The notes under the pieces are model-generated. The model ran no database searches, was not told where the DNA came from, and saw only the letters and a program-made list of their open reading frames with translations. Shown here in pieces: positions 29,525-40,488 of a DNA stretch of 64,000 nt (position 1 is the first letter of the stretch; the number at the start of each line of letters is the position of its first letter). The position numbers and the translations under genes are program-made. The stretch is from Nitrospirota bacterium (lineage in GTDB: Bacteria > Nitrospirota > UBA9217), in assembly GCA_963790205.1 (NCBI GenBank), contig CAWBNQ010000002.1:1-64000 (forward strand). The letters are read 5' to 3'.

Positions 29525-30349
29525 TTAGACCGATCCCCGCTTCTTTTTCGTCGAGATCATCAGGTATGCGAAGAAGGCCGCAACGAACAGCACGATCACG
29601 GTCCCCGTTACCTTCAAGACATTGAACACGTAGGATTTCTTCAAAGGGTCGTAGCTGAAGCAATACATGAGCGCGCTGCGAGCCGGCGAGCCGACCCTGC
29701 CCTGGGCGGCCTCGGTCAGGGCCATGGTCACCTCGAAGGGCAGGAACGTGAAGCCTTCGAGGTAGCGGACGATCTTTCTGTCCGGCGACACGACGACAAG
29801 CGTGATGGGATGCGAGAACTCGTCGCCGTCCCTCTGGAATTTAAAGCCGATGGAGTCCGTGAATTTCCTGATGTTCGTTGCATCGCCGGTCAGGAACTTC
29901 CAGGCATCCGCCGGAAAGGGCTTGCCGATGGCCTTGAGGTAATCCCCTTTTTTTTCGCGGGCGATGGCCGGCGTGTCTTTATCGTCGAAGCTGAGCGTTA
30001 TTACCGTAAAATCTTTGCCGGGTTTTACGAGCTCAATGTTGCCCAGGACCTGGGCAAGACCGCTGAGGAGCATGGGACACTCGTGCGTGCAGCCCAGGTA
30101 GACCGGCGCAATGACCGTCGGTTTGTTGATCAAGTCCTTCAGACTTGTTTTTTTCCCGTTCTCATCGGTAAAAACGGCGTCCGCGGGAAGATACTGCCCG
30201 AGCTTTTCTTCGAGCGCAATGTCCGCCTTCGCGGCGCCGGTCCCGTGTGCGAAGGAGGCGTCAGCAGCAAGGAATGAGGCGAACAGGGAAATAACGAGGA
30301 AGACAGGTCTCACAAATCGTCTCCATGCAGGATATCGATCCAGAAACAA
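29525..30349 (-). CDS. SCO1/SenC-family copper chaperone
   Basis: CTHECP (CxxxC) and conserved His (FSHP); first gene of cox operon; start uncertain. Confidence 0.88.
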   Translation of the reverse strand: MFLDRYPAWRRFVRPVFLVISLFASFLAADASFAHGTGAAKADIALEEKLGQYLPADAVFTDENGKKTSLKDLINKPTVIAPVYLGCTHECPMLLSGLAQVLGNIELVKPGKDFTVITLSFDDKDTPAIAREKKGDYLKAIGKPFPADAWKFLTGDATNIRKFTDSIGFKFQRDGDEFSHPITLVVVSPDRKIVRYLEGFTFLPFEVTMALTEAAQGRVGSPARSALMYCFSYDPLKKSYVFNVLKVTGTVIVLFVAAFFAYLMISTKKKRGSV

Positions 30350-30552
30350 GGTGGTTTAAGCATAGCGTAGAATCAAGAAAAAAGTCAAGCGATTAGGACG
30401 ATTTTATTTCATAGAAGGACCAGGTCATCTTCTTTATGCTATAGTTAAAAAAACATGAACAATGCCCTGTTTTCCTTGAATGCCCGCGGGGAAAATCATG
30501 AAGATCCCGGTCATCAGCAGGGCGGATAATCGTTATTTCCGGAGAAAACGGT

Positions 30553-31197
30553 ATGCAACGACTTCCCTTTAACGCCTGCGATTACCGGTGCGACCGATGC
30601 CTGGAAACGGCGGAATGCGCCGTGTTCCAGAAGCTGCAAGAGCGGTCATTGCAGAACTGGACCGGGAGCAGCGACGGGAACGATTCTTCCGCCCTCCTTC
30701 GCGATATCCGGGAATCATTCCGGGAAACGGAAGCGCGGATCAAGCAGAAGGCCCGTGATTTCGGGATCGACCTCGACGGGATCGCCGGCATGCCTTCGAC
30801 GGAAGAGGTCCAAGGGCAGTTGGGAAGCGCCATGGATGATCCGCTGTACAGGCGCACCTATGATTTCACCATGCAGACCCACGAATTTCTCCGGGCCGCG
30901 GAGCGCCTGGTTGACGGAGAGGCAAAAGAATACTTCGACGATATCGCCTGGCATCATACGGTGGTCGTTGCCAAGGTCTACCGGACCGTGGGGTGGAAAA
31001 CGCATGAGGAAGGGGCAACCGATGCAAAAAAATCGGCGGCAGTGGCCATAAAATCCTTGACCATTTGCACTATGGCGTTCGATTACCTGGCTTCGCAGTG
31101 TCCCGTTCTGTCGCAGGAATGCGGCAGGCTGTCAGCCGTTGCCCGGCAGATAAAAGAAGAGCTCCGAGAGCGGGTCAAGCCGGCCCGCGCCGCTTGA
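30553..31197 (+). CDS. Hypothetical protein with N-terminal Cys cluster
   Basis: CDYRCDRC...C; GGAG RBS; 214 aa. Confidence 0.7.
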   Translation: MQRLPFNACDYRCDRCLETAECAVFQKLQERSLQNWTGSSDGNDSSALLRDIRESFRETEARIKQKARDFGIDLDGIAGMPSTEEVQGQLGSAMDDPLYRRTYDFTMQTHEFLRAAERLVDGEAKEYFDDIAWHHTVVVAKVYRTVGWKTHEEGATDAKKSAAVAIKSLTICTMAFDYLASQCPVLSQECGRLSAVARQIKEELRERVKPARAA

Positions 31198-31281
31198 TGT
31201 CCCCCCTCGCGGAGGTTCGCATCCTCTTCCCTGGTTACCCCCGTCGCGCTTGCCTTGAATCAAAGCCGCCAACCGGGTATA

Positions 31282-32073
31282 ATGGGCACTATGGCAAACC
31301 CTCACCGTACCGAAAACTGCATGGTCTGCGGTTCTTCTCTCGAATACCTGGACCGTGCCCGGGATCTTGTCTGCACCTATTGCGGGAAGATTGCGGAGGG
31401 GCACATCAAATGTCCGGAAGGCCATTTTATCTGCGATGCCTGCCATCGCGGAGACGCCCTGTCGATGATCGAGACCGTTTCCCTTGCCACGAAGGCAAAG
31501 GACCCGGTCCAGCTGGCAGAGCTCATGATGGCCCATCCCTCGCTTCCCATGCTCGGCTGCGAGCACGCCTTTATCGCGGCGGGCGCGTTCATGGCGGCGC
31601 TCAGGAACTCTCCCTACGGGAACGGTAAGATCAGCGATCAGGATATCCGGGAAGTTTTCGCCAGAACGGCGAAACAGGCCGTAGGCGGCTATTGCGGACT
31701 CACGGGTGTCTGCGGCGTCGTGCCCGCCGTGGGCGCTTGTTTTTCGCTGTTCCTCGGCGCGCGGTGCGGCTCGGACACAGAGCAGAAAATCACGATGGAT
31801 GCCGTTACGAGGGTGTCGCAGGCGATCGCGGACCTGACCGGGCCGAGCTGCTGCAAGGCCTATGTGCGCAGGTCGCTCGATGTCGTTGTGAACATTTTTG
31901 CCGAACGGTTCGGCATTGTGCTCCCCGCCGGGAAGTCGCCGATCATCTGCGGACACAGCGGAAAGCATCCGCACGGATGCCGGGAAGAGAAGTGTCCCTA
32001 TTATAAAAAGGAAGAAACCGAAGATATCTACAGCGATTCCATCCACCTGCCGGTCACGGCCTGTCACTCCTGA
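31282..32073 (+). CDS. Cys-rich DUF5714-like protein
   Basis: Several CxxC pairs, GGYCGLTGVCG, GPSCCK; start at 31282 or 31291. Confidence 0.7.
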   Translation: MGTMANPHRTENCMVCGSSLEYLDRARDLVCTYCGKIAEGHIKCPEGHFICDACHRGDALSMIETVSLATKAKDPVQLAELMMAHPSLPMLGCEHAFIAAGAFMAALRNSPYGNGKISDQDIREVFARTAKQAVGGYCGLTGVCGVVPAVGACFSLFLGARCGSDTEQKITMDAVTRVSQAIADLTGPSCCKAYVRRSLDVVVNIFAERFGIVLPAGKSPIICGHSGKHPHGCREEKCPYYKKEETEDIYSDSIHLPVTACHS

Positions 32074-32259
32074 AAGCCGGTATGGTAAACCGTCCGGTCG
32101 GACGGCAAAAGAACCATACATTCATCGCGCAGATGACGCATCCAACTGTTCTTTTCCCTGACGCCGTTCGATATTCTTCGGGAATCATTTACTGCGGATA
32201 GCAGCTGCGAGGCGTCTGCCCGAATCGTTCTCTGCAGTTGCTGCTTCCCCGGTCATCGT

Positions 32260-34203
32260 TTATCGTTCGGCATCCAGGACCTCCCGTATTTTCAACAGAA
32301 GGGTCGTGGGCGAGGCAGGTTTCGGGAGGAAGAAGCGCCCCGGCTCCATGACACCCTTTTGGCTGACGAAATCGGCGGTATACCCGCTGGTAAAAAGGAC
32401 CATGATCTCCGGCGCCATCTTTTTGATCTCATCGTAGGCATCCTTGCCGTTTTTCCTGGGCATGATCACATCGAGGACAAGAAGCCGGATGTCATCCTTA
32501 TGGTCCCTGAACAGGCGTACCGCTTCCTCTCCGTCCCGGGCGACAATGACCCGGTATCCGTACTCCTCGAGCACCGCCCGGTTCAGCCTTCTCAGATACT
32601 CATCGTCCTCGGCCATCAGGATCGTCTCAGACCCTTTTTTCGCGGGCATTACAACGGCAGGCTCGACCTCATCGGCGGGCGACAGGATCAGGGGAAGATA
32701 GATGTTGAACCTCGCGCCTTTGCCGGGCTCGCTGATGCAGTCGACATAGCCGTTGTTCTGCTTCACGATCCCGTACACGATGGACAGGCCCAGCCCGGTC
32801 CCCTTGCCCGTCTCCTTGGTGGTGAAAAAGGGCTCGAAGATCCGCTCCCGGGTATGCCTCTCCATGCCGGTGCCGGTATCGGTCACCGCTATGACCGCGT
32901 ACGGCCCCGGCTTCCCGTAGCCGTGAAGTCTCAAAAAGGCATCGTCGATGATCGTTGACTTCGTCCGGATCGTCAGCGCGCCGCCTTCCGGCATGGCATC
33001 GCGGGCGTTTGTTGCCAGGTTGAGGAGCACCTGTTCCATCTGCCCGCGGTCCGCCATGACCGTCAATTTTTCCTCGGCATAGGAGGTCTTGAACTCGATG
33101 TCCTCCCCGATGACCCGCAGCAGCAGTTTCTCGATGTTCCCGATCACGTCGTTCAGGACGAGCGGCTTGGGATCGATGATCTGCTTCCGGCTGAACGCGA
33201 GGAGGCTTTTGGTGAGGTTCGCGGCCCGGTTCGCCGCGGCAAGGACTTCGATCGTGTAATGGCTGAGTTGCGCGTCGCTGCCGGTCTTTTCCCTGATCAG
33301 CGATCCGTATCCGATAATGGCCGAGAGGATGTTGTTGAAATCGTGGGCGATACCGCCGGCGAGGAGCCCCACCGCTTCCATTTTCTGAGAGTGGAGCAGT
33401 TGCTCTTCGAGCTTCTTTTTCTCGGTAACGTTATTAATGATCTCGATGGCCGCGGTCACGGCCCCCGACGCGTCCCGCAGGGGAAAGCTCCTGGTCTCCA
33501 CATTGAGCGGCTCGCCCTTGCTGTTCCGGTGAACATGGACCTCCGCGTGCGGCCCGCCCGTTTCGAACGTGCGCTTTACCGCGCAGGCGTGATCTGTACT
33601 ATCTCCCGCGAAACAGGGCAGGGGGCTGGAGTGGGAGACCTCGTGGCACTTCCTGCCGAGGATATCATCATGGCTGATCCCCACCTGGGCACAGTATGCC
33701 TTGTTCGCGGAGATGATCTGGTAGTCGCGGTCGATGACGATGAACCCCTCATCTATGGTCTCGAGGATGTTCCGGATGAAGGCCTCGGCGTTCTTCCGCT
33801 TGGTGATGTCCCGGAAGGTCCCGTAGATCACCCGCTTCCCGTGCAGGCTGAGCTCCTGGTCGTAGAGCTCCACCGGGACCTCGGCGCCGTCGGAGCGCAG
33901 CACGACGGATTCCACGGGAGGGCCGCTGTTCTGCGTGGCTGCCCTCTCGATGTGTTCGAGGAACCTGTCATCGAACCCTTGCTTCAACCGCGGAGAATGC
34001 AGCTGCTTCTGATGGAGCCCGATGATGCGTTCGCGCGGCATGAGCAAAAGCCGGCTTGCCGCCGGATTGGCGTCGATAATGACGCCCGTCTCGGCGTCGA
34101 TGAGGAAAGCCGCGTCAAGAGCGCTCGCAAACAGGGCACGGAACCGTTCCTCGCTCTCCTGCAGCGAGAGCTCAACAGCATGAAGTCGCTCGTTCACGTT
34201 CAT
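32260..34203 (-). CDS. PAS-PAS hybrid sensor histidine kinase/receiver
   Basis: [11 protein letters not shown]-box, NARDAM, EPFFTTK, GTGLGL, C-terminal REC. Confidence 0.95.
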   Translation of the reverse strand: MNVNERLHAVELSLQESEERFRALFASALDAAFLIDAETGVIIDANPAASRLLLMPRERIIGLHQKQLHSPRLKQGFDDRFLEHIERAATQNSGPPVESVVLRSDGAEVPVELYDQELSLHGKRVIYGTFRDITKRKNAEAFIRNILETIDEGFIVIDRDYQIISANKAYCAQVGISHDDILGRKCHEVSHSSPLPCFAGDSTDHACAVKRTFETGGPHAEVHVHRNSKGEPLNVETRSFPLRDASGAVTAAIEIINNVTEKKKLEEQLLHSQKMEAVGLLAGGIAHDFNNILSAIIGYGSLIREKTGSDAQLSHYTIEVLAAANRAANLTKSLLAFSRKQIIDPKPLVLNDVIGNIEKLLLRVIGEDIEFKTSYAEEKLTVMADRGQMEQVLLNLATNARDAMPEGGALTIRTKSTIIDDAFLRLHGYGKPGPYAVIAVTDTGTGMERHTRERIFEPFFTTKETGKGTGLGLSIVYGIVKQNNGYVDCISEPGKGARFNIYLPLILSPADEVEPAVVMPAKKGSETILMAEDDEYLRRLNRAVLEEYGYRVIVARDGEEAVRLFRDHKDDIRLLVLDVIMPRKNGKDAYDEIKKMAPEIMVLFTSGYTADFVSQKGVMEPGRFFLPKPASPTTLLLKIREVLDAER

Positions 34204-34479
34204 ATGATGGATATGACTTTCAATGGGCTATGATAGTGCATGTGATAGTGATGACAACAATCCATGACAGATTGGTGTGGACCCTAAGCTATACTACCAA
34301 AATAGTATAAAAAAATCCAACAAAATTTTGCACAAAACAACCGTTTTGTGATTAGTTTACAAGTTTTAAATGTGTGCAACAAGGTCATGGTGAAAGGAAA
34401 AGGTGAGAGTATTGCTCGCTGATGTAATCGTCGAACAACGTTGCTTTTGATGTGGTCCGGTCCAGAACCGGTTGCCGGG

Positions 34480-35802
34480 TTATACTTTTATATTCAGCAT
34501 CGGCAGGCCCAAACGCTGTCTTTTGTTTTCTCCCGTAAATAAACTTTCCCTTCTCGCCGGAACATCGCCGCGCCCGCCCTCGTGCTGGGCCTGCAGTTTC
34601 ACGGGCAGGCTTGCGGCATGCTGGACCGCGTGTTTGCCGAACTTCCCGGACAGCTCGTCCACACAGTCATAGATCCTGGCCATCTTTTCGATCTTCGCCG
34701 TGTCGTCGAACAGGGAGTACTGCATGCCTGCCTCGGGCACGATGCCCGCGAGCACGACCCCCGTTTGGCGGTAGAGCGTGCGGGGCAGGAAGAGCTGTTG
34801 AAAGCCTTCCCGACGCGGGCCGAAGAGCTCTCCGGGATAGGCAGTTGGACGGCTGAGTTTTATCTCGACGCCGCTGCCCGTAAAATCCTGCTTTCGTAAA
34901 AAGACCACGAGCCGCGAGGCGGCCAGCTTGTAGCGCCGCGCCTTGAAGCAGGCATTCTCGAGGTTCTTCGAGACCTGGGCGAATAGAAAGGTCTCGTCCT
35001 GCGAGGGAGGGGTGAAGGTCTTTGCCTTGCTGATGGACTGGTAGGTGTTCTTCGATTCAACGACAACGGGGTACATGCTCCTGCCGTTCAACTCGTGCCA
35101 GATCTCGCGGTACGGCTTGGAAAGGTTCTGTTCGATGAACCGTTCATCCTTGCGCGCGAACTGCAGGGCGGTCCTGATCCCGTGCTTATCGAGGAAGGCT
35201 GCCGTGTTCGGACCGATGCCCCAGACCTTTTCCACGGGAAGTTTTTCGAGATAGAGATGGATGTCCAGGCCCGGGATCACGGTGAGGCCGTTCGGCTTTT
35301 TGTGCTTGGAGCCGATCTTGGCAAGGACCTTGGAGAGGCTCACCCCGGCGGACACGGTGATCCCCAGCTCGGTCTCGATGGTCCTGCGCATCTTCTCAGC
35401 GATCATGGAGTAGGGTCCGTGAAAGCACCGCCTGAGGCCCGTGAGATCGACAAAGGCCTCGTCAATGGAGTATTCTTCCACGTCCGGAGAGAAGCGCCTG
35501 AGGATCTCGAACATGCGGACCGAAAAGAGGCTGTAGGTCTCGTAATCCGAGGGGAGGATGACGGCGTCGGGACAGATCCTCTTCACGTCCGAGAGCCTCA
35601 CCCCGCGCGAGACGCCGCGGGCCTTGGCCTCGTAGCTCGCCGCGGCCACGATCCCGCGCTCCTTGCCGCAGATTACCGGTCTGCCCTTGAGCTCGGGATG
35701 GATCGCCTGTTCGCAGGACGCGAAGAACGCGTCGGCGTCGATGTGGAGGATGGCCTGGGGCCAGGAAGAGATCGTCAAAGGCTGAGTGTTCATGTGGTTC
35801 AC
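34480..35802 (-). CDS. dinB: Y-family DNA polymerase (DinB/UmuC-like)
   Basis: HIDADAFFAS, ASYEAK, YSIDEAF, VWGIG; start may be ATG at 35793. Confidence 0.93.
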   Translation of the reverse strand: MNHMNTQPLTISSWPQAILHIDADAFFASCEQAIHPELKGRPVICGKERGIVAAASYEAKARGVSRGVRLSDVKRICPDAVILPSDYETYSLFSVRMFEILRRFSPDVEEYSIDEAFVDLTGLRRCFHGPYSMIAEKMRRTIETELGITVSAGVSLSKVLAKIGSKHKKPNGLTVIPGLDIHLYLEKLPVEKVWGIGPNTAAFLDKHGIRTALQFARKDERFIEQNLSKPYREIWHELNGRSMYPVVVESKNTYQSISKAKTFTPPSQDETFLFAQVSKNLENACFKARRYKLAASRLVVFLRKQDFTGSGVEIKLSRPTAYPGELFGPRREGFQQLFLPRTLYRQTGVVLAGIVPEAGMQYSLFDDTAKIEKMARIYDCVDELSGKFGKHAVQHAASLPVKLQAQHEGGRGDVPARRESLFTGENKRQRLGLPMLNIKV

Positions 35803-35921
35803 ACGGAGATACGAAGAAGGTCAGGTTATGCACGGTGCATTCGCAGCTTTTTTACAGTTTTTTTCGTCATTCCTGCCCCGGCCTCAATCATGCTGGGGCA
35901 GGCTTAAGTAAACGCCGTATA

Positions 35922-37028
35922 CTAATACAAACGCACTAAGTAATGTTACAAAGTCGCCTGACTTTGTGCTTTGACCACGAGTCAAGCGTCCTTTGGACCG
36001 TTGCCCAGATTGCGTCAAGGTTATCGAACCACCGGTTGGTAGTTGATTCATAGCGAATCTGGCGCCATATGCGTTCCTGCATATTCAAGGCAGGCTGATA
36101 TGGTGGTAAGTACACAATCCGGAGTCGTTTATGCTTTCTGAGAAACTCCCGGATTGGGTCACCCCTATGCCAACGAGCTCGGTCAACATACAGCCAGATA
36201 GTGTAGCCACGAAGCTGGCTATAAAGGTGCCGCAGCACTTTGAGAAAACCTTCTCGGTTGCCACGTTCCGTTTGGATGACGCCGGCACGAGCCAGAAGAG
36301 GAGCCACCCAGCCGGAAACATTCAAACGTTTCTGATGCTGGCTGGTTGTCGGCACTTTCAACCGTTTCCCGATGAGCGCCCAGCCGCGGCCAAGCCGAGG
36401 GTGCAGAGTAAAACCGCATTCGTCCTGAAAAACCACAGTTTCTTTAGGACCCAGCGTTTTGAGTTTTTTTTAGGCTCCTGGCAAACTTCTTCGCGTCTTC
36501 TGCCTTTGCCTGGAGATAAACGTGATTGGCTCGCTTTAACCGATACCCAAGTTGATGCATCCAGTATTGGGCCTGACGGACTTTCAGCTTTATCCCGAAC
36601 TGGCGCTGTAAATGAGTTGCCAAAGTGGGGCCATCCCATCGAATACGATTTAAGCCGAACTTCTGGGGCGATTCCTCCAGTTGAAGCTCTAGCTGAGCTA
36701 CGATCTTAGGAGTCATCCGAACTGGACGGCCTGACTGCTTTTTCGGGACAAGGGCTTCTACTCCGTCCTTGTTTACCGCCCGCGTCCAGCGGTTTACGTT
36801 CATCCGGGTCTGGCCTAGGACTTCTGAGATCCACCCCGGTCGTTGACCCTCCATTACCAAGAGGAGGGTAGCTATCTTTATGCCGATCCAAGCTCCTGGC
36901 ACCTTCTCTGCGAGGGCCAGCAATTGCTCTTTGGACACCTTTATTGGGCTTGCAGGGGATGTTTTCATGCCCCCAGAATAACATAAAGTATGGTTAAAGT
37001 GTAACAATATTTACTGCGTTTGTATTAG
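35922..37028 (-). mobile_element. IS630-family insertion sequence, 1107 bp, with TA target duplication
   Basis: Terminal IRs CTAATACAAACGCACTAAGTAATGTTACA vs CTAATACAAACGCAGTAAATATTGTTACA (26/29); TA at 35920-35921 and 37029-37030. Confidence 0.93.
35936..36968 (-). CDS. IS630 transposase in two ORFs (HTH and DDE) joined by a probable -1 frameshift
   Basis: orfA 36444-36968 winged HTH; orfB FQDE, VDRARWH, LPPYQPALNMQERIW; A8 run at 36464-36471 at the orfA end. Confidence 0.9.
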
Positions 37029-37042
37029 TAATGCCTTATGCC

Positions 37043-37115
37043 GTCATTCCGGACTTGATCCGGAATCCAGCGCCTTTTTATGCAAATTCTGGATTCCTGC
37101 CTTCGCAGGAATGAC
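37043..37115. repeat. REPIN: two inverted REP hairpins
   Basis: GTCATTCCGGACTTGATCCGGAATCCAG (37043-37070) and CTGGATTCCTGCCTTCGCAGGAATGAC (37089-37115). Confidence 0.85.
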
Positions 37116-37170
37116 ATACGTGAAGGTGTACAGATTATTATGAGACCAGTGATAACATGCAGGCTGAGCG

Positions 37171-37512
37171 TTATTCCTGCCGATCTTGGAGCCGGTCAAG
37201 CCGGTCCTGATAGAAAGAACGGCAGTCTTCGTTCAGCTCTTCGATCTTCAATATTCCTCCTGCCAGGGCAAGCATGACCGCCATGTCCGGGTCGCCGGTC
37301 GCATATTGTTTATACAGCTCTCTCGCCGTACCGTTATGATACTCATGGATGCGCTCGTCAAGATCGAAGGGACCCATCCCGCCTTGTTTCCATTTTTGGA
37401 ACGACGCGAGCAGCTTGTCCAGGGCCGCGGCCAGCTCCCGTCCGTACGCCACGCCCGCCATTTCCCGGATGTGTTTTTTTTGCTTCTTCGTCAGTTCATC
37501 CCAATGGCGCAT
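37171..37512 (-). CDS. Hypothetical protein
   Basis: 113 aa, co-oriented 21 bp after the SWIM gene, protein-like composition. Confidence 0.7.
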   Translation of the reverse strand: MRHWDELTKKQKKHIREMAGVAYGRELAAALDKLLASFQKWKQGGMGPFDLDERIHEYHNGTARELYKQYATGDPDMAVMLALAGGILKIEELNEDCRSFYQDRLDRLQDRQE

Positions 37513-37533
37513 AGGACGGCCCCGGTGCTTAGA

Positions 37534-39267
37534 TCATTTTATTCTGTCGAGCAGTTTTATGAGATTCCTCTTCTGCTTGTGCGCTACTCGCACTCCGAGC
37601 AGATAGTCAGCGAACTCTTTGTCCTGTTTCAAACGATTCATCAGGCCCTGTATCTTCCGGAGCAGCGTTGCCGCTTCTTCGTAGGCCCGGTTGTCTTTCC
37701 TGTTGACGATGGGGTCGATCCGTTTCCGGTAAACCTCGATTGCCTCAGCAGGATGGTCCTTTTCCCTGCCCGCGGCAAGCTTCATCCAGAGCCGCTCGGA
37801 ACAGCCGCCCTCTTTTGCCTCGCGCCATGCGGCATCAGGGTCCTTCTCCCACAGAAAAATCTCGACCAGAAGGGAATGGTCAGGCGCGAAGGCCCAGGAT
37901 TTTGAGGCGCGCTTCTGTTTTTCCTTCGCGATCGCTACCCTGATAAAAGAGATCGCCTTTTCCCGCCACGCGGGCCATTGGCCGGGCCGGTCCGCGTGAC
38001 TCTTCAGGTCGCGGTAGGTTTCCAAAACGGCATGTTCCGCGAAGTTCAGCCATATGAGTTTCATGGCATCGTCGTGACGTTTTCCCCGGTGATACTCGGA
38101 AGCCAGGAAGTCCCGAAGACGGGAATCCGTTCGCGTGGGAAAGGCCTTCAGTCCCGCCTCGGCCCATTCCAGTGCTTTATCATGCTTGCCTGACTTCTTG
38201 TACAGCTCGGCAATCTGGAGATAATGGTAAGCATAAGAGAGGTCCTTTTCCCTGACCTCCACCATGGCCTCAACGTCGCCGGTCAACTCCGCAAGGGTCT
38301 CCATGATATGGGTGATGTTGAAACGGCGATGAGAACGCTCTCCCTCCTCCTTTCCCGGGCCGAGCTGTTTGAGCTTTTTCCATTTCTCCTCCGCCAAGTC
38401 GCGATAAACAGCCAGCCCTTTTTCGCCGAGCAGGGAAGCATACGTCTTGGCCGCGCCGTAAAACGCCTCCCAGTCGCTGTTCACTTCTTTTTCGAACAGC
38501 CGCTTTGCCAGCTGTACCGGATCGGGCCTAGCCTTGCTGCAGGCGGCAAGATGGAGCTCGTGCAGCCGATAGAGGATATCGCCCATCTCGCCGTTCGAAT
38601 CATCAACCGATTGGAGCGCGGCCTCAACTCCCTCGATGGCGTATTCGGCAAGCTCGATGACGTCCGCTGCCTGACCGTCTTTTATCATGCTTTCCAGCGT
38701 GTCAAGGACGTTGTCGACATTCCCTGCGTACTCCCGCATGGAGTAGTAGTCGATGAAGCCTCCGGGATCGATCGCGTTCGCGATGATTTTTTTTATTGCA
38801 TGGAGGTTTCGTCCGCCTTGCATCTTTTTCGCGGCCTGCATGAACAGCTTTTCACGCAGAAGGTCGTCATCCTGCGCCCGCTGCATGATCATGTTGATGA
38901 GCGTGTCCTTGTCAAGGGATTCGAGATGGCCCTTCACGTCTTTCATTGACACTTCAGCAGGAGAGCCCTTTCGCTTTATTGTTCCCTTGCTGTTGTTCCC
39001 CGTTTCGAGCCACGCAAGCCCGACCGCCACGCAGTGTTTGCAGAATATGTCTTCATCGCCCATCGGACAGGTGCAGGAGTGTTCGAGCGCGCCATCGTTC
39101 TGCCGGAGTTTAACACTATACGTATGGGTCCCCTTGACCTTAGCCGTGATCGTTCCCTCGTACTCGGACAGAGACCGGACCAGTCCACGGGTGAAATACT
39201 GTTCGCCGCGGTCAAAGGACCGCGGATCGGCGAGACGGCGGAGGGTAGTAAGGGTAATCGATTTCAT
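37534..39267 (-). CDS. SWIM zinc-finger protein with helical-repeat C-terminus
   Basis: RGEQY, CTCP...CKHCVAV; AAGGA RBS. Confidence 0.88.
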   Translation of the reverse strand: MKSITLTTLRRLADPRSFDRGEQYFTRGLVRSLSEYEGTITAKVKGTHTYSVKLRQNDGALEHSCTCPMGDEDIFCKHCVAVGLAWLETGNNSKGTIKRKGSPAEVSMKDVKGHLESLDKDTLINMIMQRAQDDDLLREKLFMQAAKKMQGGRNLHAIKKIIANAIDPGGFIDYYSMREYAGNVDNVLDTLESMIKDGQAADVIELAEYAIEGVEAALQSVDDSNGEMGDILYRLHELHLAACSKARPDPVQLAKRLFEKEVNSDWEAFYGAAKTYASLLGEKGLAVYRDLAEEKWKKLKQLGPGKEEGERSHRRFNITHIMETLAELTGDVEAMVEVREKDLSYAYHYLQIAELYKKSGKHDKALEWAEAGLKAFPTRTDSRLRDFLASEYHRGKRHDDAMKLIWLNFAEHAVLETYRDLKSHADRPGQWPAWREKAISFIRVAIAKEKQKRASKSWAFAPDHSLLVEIFLWEKDPDAAWREAKEGGCSERLWMKLAAGREKDHPAEAIEVYRKRIDPIVNRKDNRAYEEAATLLRKIQGLMNRLKQDKEFADYLLGVRVAHKQKRNLIKLLDRIK

Positions 39268-39301
39268 GAAATTCCTTTAACGGGCAAGGGGATAAGCCAA
39301 A

Positions 39302-39361
39302 GATTAACACGCGGCTGACGCGCCGCCTTCTGGCGCGTCGCTGTCGAGCCGCAGGTTGAAA
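39302..39361 (-). other. Integron attC recombination site (60 bp)
   Basis: Minus strand TTTCAAC-CTGCG-GCTCGAC...GTCAGC-CGCGT-GTTAATC; L-box pairing with one extrahelical base, 5-nt spacers; starts immediately after the stop of 39362-40420. Confidence 0.8.
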
Positions 39362-40420
39362 TCACTTTTTGGGAACTCCTTCAGGGTAGTCAAGGAGCAG
39401 TAAGGCGATATTGCAAATACTGAATAGCAAGTAACGTATTTCATGGACATCCGGTGATGATTTGCCGTGACCTGCTTCGTCTCCGCGATGTGCCGATAGC
39501 TTTATCATCGTGTCATGAATGGTCGGATGAAGTAAAGAATAATATTTTTTTAGAAAAGTTCTATCAAATTTAAAATTACTATCTCCCGTCAATGCTCGTG
39601 CTATTTCTTCAAGACTTTTAAACGCCGATATAAAAACGCTATCTAAGCTGTCACCAGTTAACGTTCTATGATAAGAATCTACGAGTTCTGTTGCCCGTTC
39701 TGGATACAACTTATAGAGACGAGGCAAGAGATTATTGATTACGGCATCGCGTAATAACGGCTCTTCCATCGGAATAATCTCAGGTGGCATTCCTTGTATG
39801 TCTAGAAGAAGGCTCGCCTCAGCAAAAAAACGCCTGATGTCACTTATGAGATCGGCAACCCATTCTGAATGGTTTAGCGATATTAGTATTGATTCAAGGA
39901 CTGTTAGACGGTCTCTATAAATTTCAGAATAATACAAGTGTGCTCTTTTTTGGGTAACGTCTTTTAATTCTGTCTCTGCATCTCGAACGTTTTGATCTAA
40001 TTCGTTTAGTTCGTCGTCTTTATTTTTAGCCGTACGTGCGATATTGAATTTCAGCATTTTTTGTGAGCTTATCAACTGATTGAACTTTGTTTGGGCATCC
40101 TTTATTGCTTTGTCGCTCTGTAATTGAGTTGAGCATTCATTAATGATTGCATTTTTCGCAAAGTATATTTTAAGTTGCAATGCCAAGCCTAGTTTTCTTT
40201 CATGACGAAACCGCTGAAAACTTTTTGTTTCCAGCATATCCCCATAGTGCATCAAATTCGCGAGGCCCGATTCGTATAGAAAAAATCGCTCAAGCCGTTG
40301 TGAAACGCGATCAAAAAATAGTGTGAAGTCGCCGAGTATGTTGATTTCCTTATTACGCAGAAACCACGGAACATAATTTCCCCAGCGTGGATCTGTTAAG
40401 TCGATTCTTTGTTCATTCAT
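39362..40420 (-). CDS. AT-rich cassette gene with coiled coil and C-terminal Abi_C/HEPN-like motif
   Basis: 352 aa; SAFKSLE...HRGDEAGHG (R-x5-H); visibly lower GC than neighbours. Confidence 0.65.
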   Translation of the reverse strand: MNEQRIDLTDPRWGNYVPWFLRNKEINILGDFTLFFDRVSQRLERFFLYESGLANLMHYGDMLETKSFQRFRHERKLGLALQLKIYFAKNAIINECSTQLQSDKAIKDAQTKFNQLISSQKMLKFNIARTAKNKDDELNELDQNVRDAETELKDVTQKRAHLYYSEIYRDRLTVLESILISLNHSEWVADLISDIRRFFAEASLLLDIQGMPPEIIPMEEPLLRDAVINNLLPRLYKLYPERATELVDSYHRTLTGDSLDSVFISAFKSLEEIARALTGDSNFKFDRTFLKKYYSLLHPTIHDTMIKLSAHRGDEAGHGKSSPDVHEIRYLLFSICNIALLLLDYPEGVPKK

Positions 40421-40488
40421 GGTTATGCACCCGATAGTTGATCATAATTACTTTTCGAACCAACAAGTTATTGACTAGACGGAAACTG

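Noticed and set aside
37140..37175. Second attC after the SWIM/hypothetical genes (ATAAC...GTTAT)
   Set aside because: Only about 23 bp with no L boxes; too short for attC.
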